Part shown: positions 27,488 to 36,581 of the stretch, in pieces
How positions within the stretch are numbered: the first letter of the stretch is position 1
Layout: each line of letters begins with the position of its first letter
Source: a virus
Taxonomy: Duplodnaviria > Caudoviricetes
Direction: 5' to 3' (one strand)
Length of the DNA stretch: 40,975 bases
Virus record (IMG/VR): IMGVR_UViG_3300038679_000061
Location: 1 to 40,975 of that record
Position numbers and translations under genes: made by a program
Notes under the pieces: generated by a model
What the model saw: only the letters and a program-made list of their open reading frames with translations
Databases searched by the model: none
Told to the model about the DNA's origin: nothing

Positions 27488-28132
27488 TTAAAGTGTCTTT
27501 CGTGGGCCATCAACGCCCTGCATCCATTGGGCTGGCAGCATGCGCACAGCAGGAACGCGCTCCATCCAGACATCGATCTTTCGCCGGCCCGTGTTCCTCA
27601 ACTTTTCCCGAGCGTTGAAAACGCACACATTGGGCAACCAGGCAACAGCTTGCTCCAAGGGCTTACCCACATGATAGCCAAGCCATTTTTCTATGGTGTT
27701 GAGGTCGCCCACCCCACCTTGAAATCCGCTGGTCACAGCAACCAAGCTCACCCCCAGCGTCTCAACTGCGGAAACTACCTCCGGAAAAGCGACACGCGCG
27801 GTTTGAGGGAAAGTCAGCAACTCAGGGACGCCATGGAATGGAAACTCAGGCATGTGAGACTTGGTGCCCCAGGCTCGCGTCAGAAAGGCGTGCAGCGGCG
27901 GCAGCTCGGGGCCAAAGCCAATCTCTGCATAGAAAACCGCAGAGAAGTGGTCGCGTAGCGAGTAAATGACCATGTGCTTTTTGCTGGCTGAAGACAGCTT
28001 GGTCAACGATGTTTCCATCGGTTTGACCTGGTATTTCAGCAGTCCATCCTTGCCAGCGTAGTAGTGCTTTGAAACGCTGGCCACCAGTTGGTGGGCATGG
28101 TTGGGGTGATTGCTTCTGTAATGCTGCATCAC
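27488..28132 (-). CDS. Stand-alone, apparently inactive DDE transposase catalytic-core homolog
   Basis: Colinear motifs HPNHAHQLVAS..YY, DHFSAVFYAE, FL.RAW, PFHGVPELL, LGVSL, FNA...TGRRK..W match HPNHVWQIDAS-type Mu-like phage transposases; acidic triad missing. Confidence 0.6.
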   Translation of the reverse strand: MMQHYRSNHPNHAHQLVASVSKHYYAGKDGLLKYQVKPMETSLTKLSSASKKHMVIYSLRDHFSAVFYAEIGFGPELPPLHAFLTRAWGTKSHMPEFPFHGVPELLTFPQTARVAFPEVVSAVETLGVSLVAVTSGFQGGVGDLNTIEKWLGYHVGKPLEQAVAWLPNVCVFNAREKLRNTGRRKIDVWMERVPAVRMLPAQWMQGVDGPRKTL

Positions 28133-28144
28133 GATTTGACGACC

Positions 28145-28726
28145 TCACCGACCGCACTTCCGTGCTTCGCCAATCTGCTTCAGCCGCTCAACCCTTTCGG
28201 CCTCGCTGAGCCGTATGCTGCTGGCGCTGGTTTCCATGGCCCTGATCTCCATCGGCGTCGGGCAATTCATGGACACGGTACGGGTTGGCTCCACGCCTGG
28301 CCGGTGCTGAATGCTCGTGACGATGCCGTCTTCTGTGTAGACGTACCACGACTGACGGGGCCGGTCATAGATGATCTGATCTTTGAGCCGACCACTGTAG
28401 TTGTTCGCGTTCACCTTGGTCGGCGCACCCATGGCCTTGTCCAGCTCCATGCGCGTCATGCCAACAAGCGGTTCACCGCTGGCGATGGCCGCATTGACTT
28501 TGCTTCGCCATTCGACGGTAGCGATCTCCATCTTCGTTCTTGCCGCTGATTCGGATGTGCTGGCGTTCGAGTGCCCGGAGGCGGGACGCACGTTCAGCGT
28601 CTCCCCGTTGCCGGGACAAGCAGCGTCCTGAAACACAACCTGACCGTCGATCGTGCATTTGTTGATGGCCCACACGGGAGCCCCTGAAATGATCGCCAGC
28701 GCGATCATCACCGTCTTGATCTTCAT
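28145..28726 (-). CDS. Exported DUF4124-like protein with SmpA/BamE-like C-terminal region
   Basis: Signal peptide (PVWA), INKCTIDGQVVFQDAACP, VGMTRMELDKAMGAP. Confidence 0.75.
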   Translation of the reverse strand: MKIKTVMIALAIISGAPVWAINKCTIDGQVVFQDAACPGNGETLNVRPASGHSNASTSESAARTKMEIATVEWRSKVNAAIASGEPLVGMTRMELDKAMGAPTKVNANNYSGRLKDQIIYDRPRQSWYVYTEDGIVTSIQHRPGVEPTRTVSMNCPTPMEIRAMETSASSIRLSEAERVERLKQIGEARKCGR

Positions 28727-28758
28727 TTTTCTCCCTTCCTACCGCTACCTGCCGCCGA

Positions 28759-29295
28759 TCACCTCGTGATTGAAACGACCTGTCCTTGATTGGTGTAAAC
28801 GTACCGGATCGGCGCGCTCACACCGTACACGTACTGACGCCGGACGCCATATGCCGTCTCAGTTTCATTGATCTTGGAGTACGACCACTCCCGGGCAAAC
28901 CTCGTACAAGCCAGAAAGTTCGATTCGGCCATGCCAACAACGGGTTGAGCAAGCACGGCACCTGGGCCGCACGTCACACGGTCGGATCGGATGGAATCTT
29001 CGATCGACTTCCGGTGCGCCTCTCGCCGATCAAGGGCGGCCTGTGCGCGTTGTCGATTCTCTGGCTGCTCCATCTGGGCATTGAGCGATCGCGCGACCTC
29101 GGCGGAACTCATGACGTTTTTGGGTTGTGCCATGGCCTGAGTCGCGGCTTTGCCGGGGGACTGCGTCGCGTTCGGGCACGCAGCGTCCTGGAACACTACT
29201 GAGCCATCCGCCCCGACGCACTTGTTTGCAGCCCAAGCCGAGGACCACCCCGAACAGGCCAGCACGAGAACTACCACCTTGATCTTCATGTCCAC
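28759..29295 (-). CDS. Exported DUF4124-like protein (paralog)
   Basis: Signal peptide (SAWA), NKCVGADGSVVFQDAACP, INETETAYGVRRQYVY. Confidence 0.75.
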   Translation of the reverse strand: MDMKIKVVVLVLACSGWSSAWAANKCVGADGSVVFQDAACPNATQSPGKAATQAMAQPKNVMSSAEVARSLNAQMEQPENRQRAQAALDRREAHRKSIEDSIRSDRVTCGPGAVLAQPVVGMAESNFLACTRFAREWSYSKINETETAYGVRRQYVYGVSAPIRYVYTNQGQVVSITR

Positions 29296-29307
29296 TCCCC
29301 TCAGACG

Positions 29308-30030
29308 CTACTGAAACACCACACCGGCCCAACGCACACGACCCAACACCTCGAAGTCTCGCCCGCTGTCTTCCTCCAGCGGGATGTCAAAAGGCAAGTA
29401 TTCGGTGTTGGCGCTGCTGGCGCGCAGCAGCTTGCCCGGTAGGCGCTGCAGCGTCTTGATCATCAGGCCGCCATCGAGCCGGATGGCATGCAGGCCTTCG
29501 GTCGACACCTCTCGCGCCTTCCGGTCCAACAAAGATGTGTCCTTAGAGTGCAACACCGGCTCCATGGATCTGCCCACGATGGTCACCAGTGCCAGTTCGT
29601 TGTGTTGTATCCCCAACTCGCCCCGGATGAACTCCACGGCGAATGGACGCATTGCAATCACTTTCTCAATTTCGCTGAAGGCACCGTTGCCCGCCGAAAA
29701 CTGCACATCGAATTGCGGGACGTAGACATAGTCGCCGGCCTCCACGGCGTAGATGCTGCGCTCCACCTTGGTGGAGGTTTCGACACCCGTCAACAGCCAT
29801 TCGGCCGAGACGTTCAGCTCAGCGGCCAGCCGAACCAAGGTGAAGGCGTCGGGAACGGAAACGCCCCGCTCGAATTTCCCCAGGGTGTTGACGTGCAGCG
29901 CCAGTCGAGCTGCCAGCTCTTCGCGCGGCATCCGACCCCGCGCCTGTCGAATGCGATCGCCCAGTGCGGCGGCATAGGCATCACGCCCGCGCTCATCCTG
30001 CGTCTCTTCCGCACTTTTTAATGTGTCCAT
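29308..30030 (-). CDS. cI: Phage repressor, XRE HTH plus S24 peptidase (CI/LexA-like)
   Basis: HTH (LAARLALHVNTLGKFERG); SAG cleavage site; GRSMEP Ser and IKTL Lys catalytic dyad. Confidence 0.92.
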   Translation of the reverse strand: MDTLKSAEETQDERGRDAYAAALGDRIRQARGRMPREELAARLALHVNTLGKFERGVSVPDAFTLVRLAAELNVSAEWLLTGVETSTKVERSIYAVEAGDYVYVPQFDVQFSAGNGAFSEIEKVIAMRPFAVEFIRGELGIQHNELALVTIVGRSMEPVLHSKDTSLLDRKAREVSTEGLHAIRLDGGLMIKTLQRLPGKLLRASSANTEYLPFDIPLEEDSGRDFEVLGRVRWAGVVFQ

Positions 30031-30043
30031 AGACACATTAAAA
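30016..30043. promoter_or_regulatory. Operator palindrome over the repressor start codon
   Basis: Perfect 12-4-12 inverted repeat TTTTAATGTGTC-CATA-GACACATTAAAA. Confidence 0.7.
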
Positions 30044-30177
30044 CATGTACGACTCAAGGTGCAAACCTAAAAAGTGGGTGTCTCCTTCCGATGGGGGATG
30101 CATCCGTGTGCGCCGAGAGACAAAAAAATGTGTTCCATGAGTTGCTGGCGCACTTAATTGTGTTTATGATCATCACC

Positions 30178-30483
30178 ATGGACACACAAAAAGGTATACA
30201 GCCAACTGACTGGCACCCTGCCGATGTAAAGGCCGCACTCGAAAAGAGAGGTGTAAGCCTTCGTCAGCTCGCAAAGAGTCATGGCTACTCACATTTCCAA
30301 CGCGTATTGACCACCCACTGGTGGGCTGCCGAGCAGATCGTTGCTGCCGCCTTGGAGACCAAGCCCGAAGCGATCTGGCCCAGTAGGTATGAACGGCCGC
30401 GAACCAATGCGAAGAAGCGCACCAGCAAGATCACGCTCACGCGTTCGGGTCGCATTCGTCTGATGGTGGAGGAACGGACATGA
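30178..30483 (+). CDS. ner: Ner-like transcriptional regulator
   Basis: DWHPADVKAALEKRG...PEAIWPSRY signature. Confidence 0.92.
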   Translation: MDTQKGIQPTDWHPADVKAALEKRGVSLRQLAKSHGYSHFQRVLTTHWWAAEQIVAAALETKPEAIWPSRYERPRTNAKKRTSKITLTRSGRIRLMVEERT

Positions 30484-32696
30484 CCTGGCTCACCGCTCGC
30501 GAGCTGGCTGGCTTGCCTGGCATGCCAACTGCTGAGTTCCGCACCCGCGAGAAGCTTCAACGCTTGGGCATACCCGGCAGACCTCGGCTTGGCCGCGAGG
30601 GTGGCGGCGGCACTGAATACGACTGCAGCGCACTGCCCGAAGAAACCCGCGCCGCCATCGCAGCGCGAAAGATCACCCAGGCGGGCAGCACCGTGCTCGC
30701 CCTGGTGGAGTCCGCGCCCGTCCGCTCCTTTGTGCCTCCAACGCTGCCAGAGCCGCGGCCCGGCCAGCTGGCGCCCGTGCCCTCTCCATCGCGTCGCCCA
30801 CCCAGCCAGGCCGACAAGTCGGTAGCCGATGCCCGCGTGCACCTGGTCAACCTGGTGCAGACGCTGGTGCCGTTGCACGGCCTCAAGCGGTCGTGTGTAC
30901 TGCTCGCCGCACAGCTCGTGACGGGTGAGGCCGGTGCCGAGGTGCTGGCCATTGCCCGCACGGCCAACCAGCGCGCTCGCGGCGACTCGGTCAGCGCCCG
31001 CACGCTGGAGCGCTGGATCGGTGCCCATCGCGAAAGCGGCTGGTGGGGCCTGCTGCCGGTAGCGGTTGAGGTGGCCGCCACACCCGAGCGCATGGAGCAA
31101 GACGTAGCGGCCGTGCTCGGCCTGTACCACAGCCGCAACCCCGAGTTCCGCAAGCTGACCCAGGCCGCCAAGAAGGTCACGCGCGCCATGGGCCGCGAGT
31201 TCGACACCTGGGAGGCGCTTTACGGTCGCGCCCGCCGCGCCCTGGACAAGCTGGGCCAGTCACACGAAGCGAACGTGGCACTTATCAAGTCCCGCCACTC
31301 CGGCTCAGAGCGCGACGTGAAGCTGCCGTTTAAACGGCGCGACGCCAGCATGCTGGCCCCGCTGGACGTGTGGGTGATGGACGGCCACAGCTTCAAAGCC
31401 AAGGTGCGCCACCCGGACCACGGCGCCCCGTTCGCACCCGAGCTCACGCTGGCGCTCGACTGGTCTTGCCGCAAGATCATGGGTTGGTCGGTCTCGCTCT
31501 CAGAAAACGTGTTCGCGGTGGGCGACGCGCTGCGCCACGGCGTGGGCCAGTACGGCAAACCGGCCCTCCTGTACACCGACAACGGTGGCGGTGAAACCGG
31601 CAAACCCATGGACTGCCCGATTGACGGCTTCGCCGCTCGCCTGGGCATCGACCACCGCACGGGTATCCCGGGCAAGCCACAAGGCCGCGGTGTGATCGAA
31701 CGCTCCTGGCAGACCCACGCGATCAACTGTGCCCGCCAGTTCGGCAGCTACCAGGGCAGCGACGTGGACGGCGGCGAGTTCCGCAAGGTGGCCGCCGAGC
31801 TGGCAAAAGAGCAGCGCGCCGTGAAGCGCGCCCAGGAAACGGGCACGGTGGTTCGCCTGTCCACCAAGTGCCCCACCTGGGCCCAGTTCGTCGAGGCGGT
31901 CGAACGCATGGTCGCCGAATACAACGGCACCCACCGCCACCGCATGCTGCCCAAGCGCGCCGACGGCAAGCACATGACGCCCGATGAGGCCTGGGCCGCC
32001 AAGTTCGACGCGAGCCTGCAGCACCTGCCCACCGCGGGCGAGCTGCGCGAGCTGTTCATGCCAGCGGTGCTGCGCACGGCACGCCGAGGCGAGGTGCAGT
32101 TCTTCAACCAGACCTATTCGGCCCCCGAGCTGATGCGCCGCGATGTGGAAGGCTGCGAGGTCAGCGTGCGCTACGACATCCACGACCCGAGCTGGGTGCG
32201 CATCTACACGCTCGACGGTCAGTTCGTGTGCGACGCGCGCTTCGCCGCCAACCGCATCGACGCCATGCCCAAGGCCGTGGTGCAGATGGCCCGCGAAAAG
32301 CGCGTGGCCGCCACCGTCAAGTTGCGCCAGCAACAGATAGAGACCGCCTTGCGCGAGCTGGACTCGCCCGTCCAGGCCGACACCGTTTTCCTGCCGGAGC
32401 CCATTGCCCCCGTGGTGCTGGGTTCCACCCTGGAGGCGAAAACCTCCTCCCTCCCTGATTCCTCCATGGGCGAGGCCGCGCAAGCGGACTCGGGCAGGCC
32501 TTTCTTTGACACCCCGGGCGCGCGCTACGAGTGGCTGATGCGCCACCGCGATGAGTGGACGGGCGTGGATCAGGAGTGGATCGCCCAGTACGTCGAGTGC
32601 GACAGCTACGAGCAGCTGCGCGAGTACTACGAGGGGCGAGGCCTGGGGTGGGGAACGGCCGCCGAAGAGCAGCCGGGTTTTAAGAGTGCCCTGTGA
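30480..32696 (+). CDS. MuA: Mu-type DDE transposase A
   Basis: N-terminal Mu HTH (WLTARELAGLPGMP); DGH, YTDNGGG and GVIERSW DDE triad; C-terminal VRYDIHD. Confidence 0.95.
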   Translation: MTWLTARELAGLPGMPTAEFRTREKLQRLGIPGRPRLGREGGGGTEYDCSALPEETRAAIAARKITQAGSTVLALVESAPVRSFVPPTLPEPRPGQLAPVPSPSRRPPSQADKSVADARVHLVNLVQTLVPLHGLKRSCVLLAAQLVTGEAGAEVLAIARTANQRARGDSVSARTLERWIGAHRESGWWGLLPVAVEVAATPERMEQDVAAVLGLYHSRNPEFRKLTQAAKKVTRAMGREFDTWEALYGRARRALDKLGQSHEANVALIKSRHSGSERDVKLPFKRRDASMLAPLDVWVMDGHSFKAKVRHPDHGAPFAPELTLALDWSCRKIMGWSVSLSENVFAVGDALRHGVGQYGKPALLYTDNGGGETGKPMDCPIDGFAARLGIDHRTGIPGKPQGRGVIERSWQTHAINCARQFGSYQGSDVDGGEFRKVAAELAKEQRAVKRAQETGTVVRLSTKCPTWAQFVEAVERMVAEYNGTHRHRMLPKRADGKHMTPDEAWAAKFDASLQHLPTAGELRELFMPAVLRTARRGEVQFFNQTYSAPELMRRDVEGCEVSVRYDIHDPSWVRIYTLDGQFVCDARFAANRIDAMPKAVVQMAREKRVAATVKLRQQQIETALRELDSPVQADTVFLPEPIAPVVLGSTLEAKTSSLPDSSMGEAAQADSGRPFFDTPGARYEWLMRHRDEWTGVDQEWIAQYVECDSYEQLREYYEGRGLGWGTAAEEQPGFKSAL

Positions 32697-32714
32697 CGGT
32701 TGCAGCCGTCACAG
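32691..32714. promoter_or_regulatory. Hairpin at the A-B junction
   Basis: CTGTGACGG-TTGCAG-CCGTCACAG overlapping the transposase stop codon. Confidence 0.5.
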
Positions 32715-32766
32715 AGCGTGCCTGAGTTGATGTGTGTATCGAGACCCAAACGAGAAGGAATGTAGC

Positions 32767-33528
32767 GTGAAAAAAGGATTTGTTCAAACTGAGAACTTCC
32801 GCCGCCTGCGGGAAGCGGAGAAGCTGGTAGACCAGCGCGGAGCCATCGAGGCCAGCCTGGTGCTGGTGCGCGGCGTGTTCGGCATCGGCAAGTCGATGCT
32901 GACCGAGCGCTGGGCCAGCGACGCCGGGCACATCTTCATCCGTGCCAAGGAGACCTGGACCAAGCACAGCATGCTGCGCGACATCGCCGCCAAGATGGGC
33001 TTGCCAACGGACGGCAATTCTTCCCAGGTGCAGGACCGCATCATCGGCCGCCTGGCGGTCTCCATGACGCCGCTGATCATCGACGAGGCCGACCACCTGA
33101 TCCCCACCTCGCGGGTCACACGCGGCAGCCAGCGCGTGGCGCCGATGCTGGAGGCGGTGCGCGACGTCACCGACATCACCGGCGTGATGTGCTTCCTGGT
33201 CGGCATGCAGGACTTTCCCACGATGGTGCTGCAGTTCGACCACATCGCCAGCCGCGTGGCGCACATCGTCAACCTGGAGCGCCTGTCCATCGAAGACGTG
33301 CAGGCAACGGTCAAGGCCAAGGCCGAGATCGCCATGGCGCCCGAGGTGGTCACCGCCATCCACACCCAGGCCAAGGGCCGCATGCGCTGGGTGCTCGGCG
33401 CGATCACCAACATTGAGGCCTGGGCAAAAGCCAACAGCTGGGCACGTGTTGAAGCGGCTCACATCAAGGGTCGCTCGCTCTGCACCGAGTTCACCAGCCA
33501 GAGCGCCACCAGCGGGAAAGGCCTCTGA
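32767..33528 (+). CDS. MuB: MuB-like AAA ATPase (transposition target capture)
   Basis: GTG start after an AAGGAA RBS; GVFGIGKS Walker A; LIIDEAD Walker B; LVGM; IASRV. Confidence 0.9.
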   Translation: MKKGFVQTENFRRLREAEKLVDQRGAIEASLVLVRGVFGIGKSMLTERWASDAGHIFIRAKETWTKHSMLRDIAAKMGLPTDGNSSQVQDRIIGRLAVSMTPLIIDEADHLIPTSRVTRGSQRVAPMLEAVRDVTDITGVMCFLVGMQDFPTMVLQFDHIASRVAHIVNLERLSIEDVQATVKAKAEIAMAPEVVTAIHTQAKGRMRWVLGAITNIEAWAKANSWARVEAAHIKGRSLCTEFTSQSATSGKGL

Positions 33529-34160
33529 TGAAACACGGCCAACCGTGGTTCGTGATCGCCACGCTGCGCGGCATCGGGCGCCACGTCAAGACCACCGATC
33601 AGCCTTTCACGGTTAAAGACGTGGTGGGCTGGGATGCCGATCTGAAGGGCGCCGCACCCAAGGTGCGCGTGGCGTTGGACAAGCTGCTGTTTCACAAGCT
33701 GGTGCAGCGCCATGTGCCCGAGCGCGAGTCCATCCTGCGGCCCTTGGTGCAGGTTGAACACTGGAAGCTCACAGACAAGGGCCTGGCCACCTGTCGCTCG
33801 GTGCTGCGCGAGCAGCCAAGGGCGAAGGCCCCCGATCCGAACGCCTTGTCCACGCGTTTGTGGTCGCTGCTGCGGGTGCGCAAGATGCTGACGGCCGAGG
33901 AGGGCGCCGCCACCCTGATCGATGCGGGAACGCGCGACTTTGCTGCCGCACAGCACCAGATCGCCGGGTACCTGCGAGCCTGGGCCAAAGGGGCTCCGGA
34001 GCTGGTCCAGGTGAGCGCCAAGACCGTCAACGGCGCCAAGCGCTACGTGATGGTCAAGGAAGGGGGGGCACACCCTCCGCCCACCAAAGCCACCGGCGAG
34101 CCTGTCCTGCCCGCGCCCAAGCTGCTCACGCCACGCAACCGCACCGGGGAGGCCGCTTGA
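33528..34160 (+). CDS. Early protein, probable winged-helix DNA-binding
   Basis: Coupled to B; LWSLLRVRK..T motif. Confidence 0.7.
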   Translation: MKHGQPWFVIATLRGIGRHVKTTDQPFTVKDVVGWDADLKGAAPKVRVALDKLLFHKLVQRHVPERESILRPLVQVEHWKLTDKGLATCRSVLREQPRAKAPDPNALSTRLWSLLRVRKMLTAEEGAATLIDAGTRDFAAAQHQIAGYLRAWAKGAPELVQVSAKTVNGAKRYVMVKEGGAHPPPTKATGEPVLPAPKLLTPRNRTGEAA

Positions 34161-34177
34161 ACCCGACACGCCCCTAC

Positions 34178-34618
34178 ATGCAAGAGCCTTGGTTCGTGTT
34201 GCTCACCGAGCGCTGCCAAGGCGCCGTGCGCGCCCGCATTGCCGAGCAACTGGGCATCAGCTCCACGGCGCTGTCCATGGTGATCAACGCCACCGGTCCG
34301 TATGGCACCGGCGCTGCCAGCACCGACCGCATCGCTGAGCGCGTGGTGCACACCTTCGGCCGCTACGCCTGCCCCCACCTCACGGCCGAAGCCGGGGGAG
34401 AGGAGTGCGTGATCACCGCCGACCAGTGCCGTGCTTATGCACACCGTCCACCCCCCACGGGCAGCCCGCGCGCCATGCAGCACTGGCAGGCCTGTCGGCA
34501 GTGCTCACACCGCGAGGCCAGCGTGCCGCCCGTCGAGCGAATCCCGGTTCCTCGCAAGTCTTCGCGCTCGCCCGATCCATCTTCTTCACCCCAGGAGATT
34601 CCCCATGACGTTGTTTAA
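34178..34618 (+). CDS. HTH protein with Cys-rich C-terminus
   Basis: IAEQLGISSTALSMVIN HTH; CPHL...C...WQACRQC. Confidence 0.75.
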   Translation: MQEPWFVLLTERCQGAVRARIAEQLGISSTALSMVINATGPYGTGAASTDRIAERVVHTFGRYACPHLTAEAGGEECVITADQCRAYAHRPPPTGSPRAMQHWQACRQCSHREASVPPVERIPVPRKSSRSPDPSSSPQEIPHDVV

Positions 34619-34832
34619 ATGCCTCGCTCAAGGTGGCCCCGTTGGCCTCGCGCATGCGCTGCGCGAAGCGTGGATCGCCCACCGTATCCGCCGCGTTGCC
34701 CTGTTCCTTGATCAAGAGCGCGACCTGCACCGTGAGCACATGGCTCAGCTGCACGCCGAGCTGCGCCGCCTGGCGCAGCGCCAGGTCAGTGCAACCCAGC
34801 GCGCCGCTGCTTTCTGGAGGGCGCTGTCATGA
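34605..34832 (+). CDS. Hypothetical early protein
   Basis: AGGAG RBS; coupled. Confidence 0.6.
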   Translation: MTLFKCLAQGGPVGLAHALREAWIAHRIRRVALFLDQERDLHREHMAQLHAELRRLAQRQVSATQRAAAFWRALS

Positions 34833-35050
34833 GCGCCCTGGTGATCTCCCTGGAGCTGCCCATGGCCGAGGCCGACTACCGCCGCCCGAAGCTTTCATGG
34901 GTCAAGCGCCGAGCGCGCCGCATCCAGCGCTTTTTCAAGGTCTCCCGCAGCATCGCGATCGCCGAGGCCATCGACGACTACCACGCGTTCGCACAGATGC
35001 ACCGCGCCCGTCTTCTCACCTTGATTCAAGGAGGCCGCAGCCATGGCTAA
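34829..35050 (+). CDS. Hypothetical early protein
   Basis: ATGA coupling; GGAGG RBS. Confidence 0.6.
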   Translation: MSALVISLELPMAEADYRRPKLSWVKRRARRIQRFFKVSRSIAIAEAIDDYHAFAQMHRARLLTLIQGGRSHG

Positions 35051-35468
35051 AGGCATCACCCATTCCTGCGCCAACATCTGGCGCGCCATCGCCCGGGCGG
35101 GTGGGTGGCACTGGCGGCAGCGTGTCGCGAGCGACTGGGACGGCATCTACGCCGAGAGCGAGATTCAGGAGAGCCTGGAAACCCTGCACCGCGGCGGCTT
35201 CCTGGAACTCGGCGAGTCCCGACGCCACGGCAACGTGTACGCCTACACGGTCAAGTGCCACCAGCTGCCCGGTGAGACGCTGCTGCCGGTCACGGCCGCA
35301 GATGGTGAGCCCGATGCCCTCACGACGGTGGCCGCTCCCCCGCGCAACGACGTGATGAACACCGTCTACACGCCGCCCCAGCCCATCTACCGGGCCGGCG
35401 CCCTGGACTACCAGGCATGCCCCAGCCTGCACATGGGCAAGCGCCGCCCCTTTCGGAGCGAAACATGA
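35043..35468 (+). CDS. Hypothetical early protein (wHTH-like; RAGALDYQACPS motif)
   Basis: AGGAGG RBS; coupled. Confidence 0.65.
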   Translation: MAKGITHSCANIWRAIARAGGWHWRQRVASDWDGIYAESEIQESLETLHRGGFLELGESRRHGNVYAYTVKCHQLPGETLLPVTAADGEPDALTTVAAPPRNDVMNTVYTPPQPIYRAGALDYQACPSLHMGKRRPFRSET

Positions 35469-35701
35469 CATTCATGGAGCTGCAAGACAACGCCCAGCAG
35501 CTGGCCCGCCTGCGCATCGTGCTGCTGGCCCTGCTACCCAAGACCGGCGAGCCTCGCACGGTCTCCGAGCTGGCCGCCTCGGCCTACACAGACAAGCAGT
35601 CGGTGTCCGACGCGCTGTTCGACGACTACATGGACGGCCGGATCGGCTTCGATGTGGTGACCGATTCCTTCCATGACAAACGCCAAGGGAGCGCGCTGTG
35701 A
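35465..35701 (+). CDS. Hypothetical early protein
   Basis: ATGA coupling; GGAG RBS. Confidence 0.6.
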   Translation: MTFMELQDNAQQLARLRIVLLALLPKTGEPRTVSELAASAYTDKQSVSDALFDDYMDGRIGFDVVTDSFHDKRQGSAL

Positions 35702-35946
35702 GCCTTACACCAGCCGAACTGGCTGCGGATGACGCAGCGCTCAAGGTACTGACCAACCGCCTGGCCGAGATGGCCGAAGCCGCGCCAAGCCATCGCCTGA
35801 TGTTGCTCGCGCTGCTGGCCACCTACCAGGCCGTGGCGAGCGTCCACCCATGCTGCACGCGCACAGCTGCCGAGGCCGCACTGCAGGTGGGCGGCCGGCT
35901 ACTGATCTCCACCCTGGACGCATTGCCGCGTTCCAACCTTCACTGA
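35698..35946 (+). CDS. Hypothetical early protein
   Basis: GTGA coupling; GGGAG RBS. Confidence 0.6.
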   Translation: MSLTPAELAADDAALKVLTNRLAEMAEAAPSHRLMLLALLATYQAVASVHPCCTRTAAEAALQVGGRLLISTLDALPRSNLH

Positions 35947-35963
35947 AACCAAAGGAGCCACTC

Positions 35964-36581
35964 ATGGCCGAAAAAAACACCATCCCCGCCGGCTACTGGC
36001 AAGACGCCAACGGCGCCCTGATCCCCACCGCCAAGATCAAGGAAATCGACAAAGACCGCCACACCACGGTGGTGCAACTCGCGGAAGCGGCAAAGGACGT
36101 GAGCGCATCCCTGCTCGGCTTCAAGCTGCAGGCCATGCAGACCATCCAGGAGTTCATCACCCGCAGCCTGGAGCAATACGAGGTCAAGACCGGCGGAGAC
36201 AAGGGCAACGTCACGCTGGTCAGCTTCGACGGGCGCTACAAGATCACCCGCCAGGTGCAGGACTCCATCGTGTTCGACGAACGCCTGCAAGCGGCCAAGG
36301 CTCTGATCGACGAGTGCATCCACGTCTGGGCCAAGGGCAGCAACAGCAACATCAAGGTGCTGGTGAACGACGCCTTCCAGGTGGACAAGGCCGGCGCAGT
36401 CAACACCTCGCGCGTGCTCGGCCTGCGCCGCCTCGCCATAGACGACCCCACCTGGACCCGCGCCATGGCCGCGATCAGCGACAGCATGCGTGTGTCCAGC
36501 AGTAAGGCCTACGTGCGCTTCTACGAGCGCGACGAAGCGGGCGAGTACCAGGCGATCAACCTGGATGTGGCGGGGGTGTGA
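35964..36581 (+). CDS. DUF3164 family Mu-like phage protein
   Basis: GYWQDANGALIP, KGNVTLVSFDG, FDERLQAAKALIDEC, YVRFYER motifs. Confidence 0.88.
   Translation: MAEKNTIPAGYWQDANGALIPTAKIKEIDKDRHTTVVQLAEAAKDVSASLLGFKLQAMQTIQEFITRSLEQYEVKTGGDKGNVTLVSFDGRYKITRQVQDSIVFDERLQAAKALIDECIHVWAKGSNSNIKVLVNDAFQVDKAGAVNTSRVLGLRRLAIDDPTWTRAMAAISDSMRVSSSKAYVRFYERDEAGEYQAINLDVAGV

Noticed and set aside
27488-28132. An inserted IS element or decayed transposase pseudogene
   Set aside because: No terminal repeats or TSD seen; the ORF is uninterrupted and tightly packed in the operon (12-nt gaps), which suggests a retained gene
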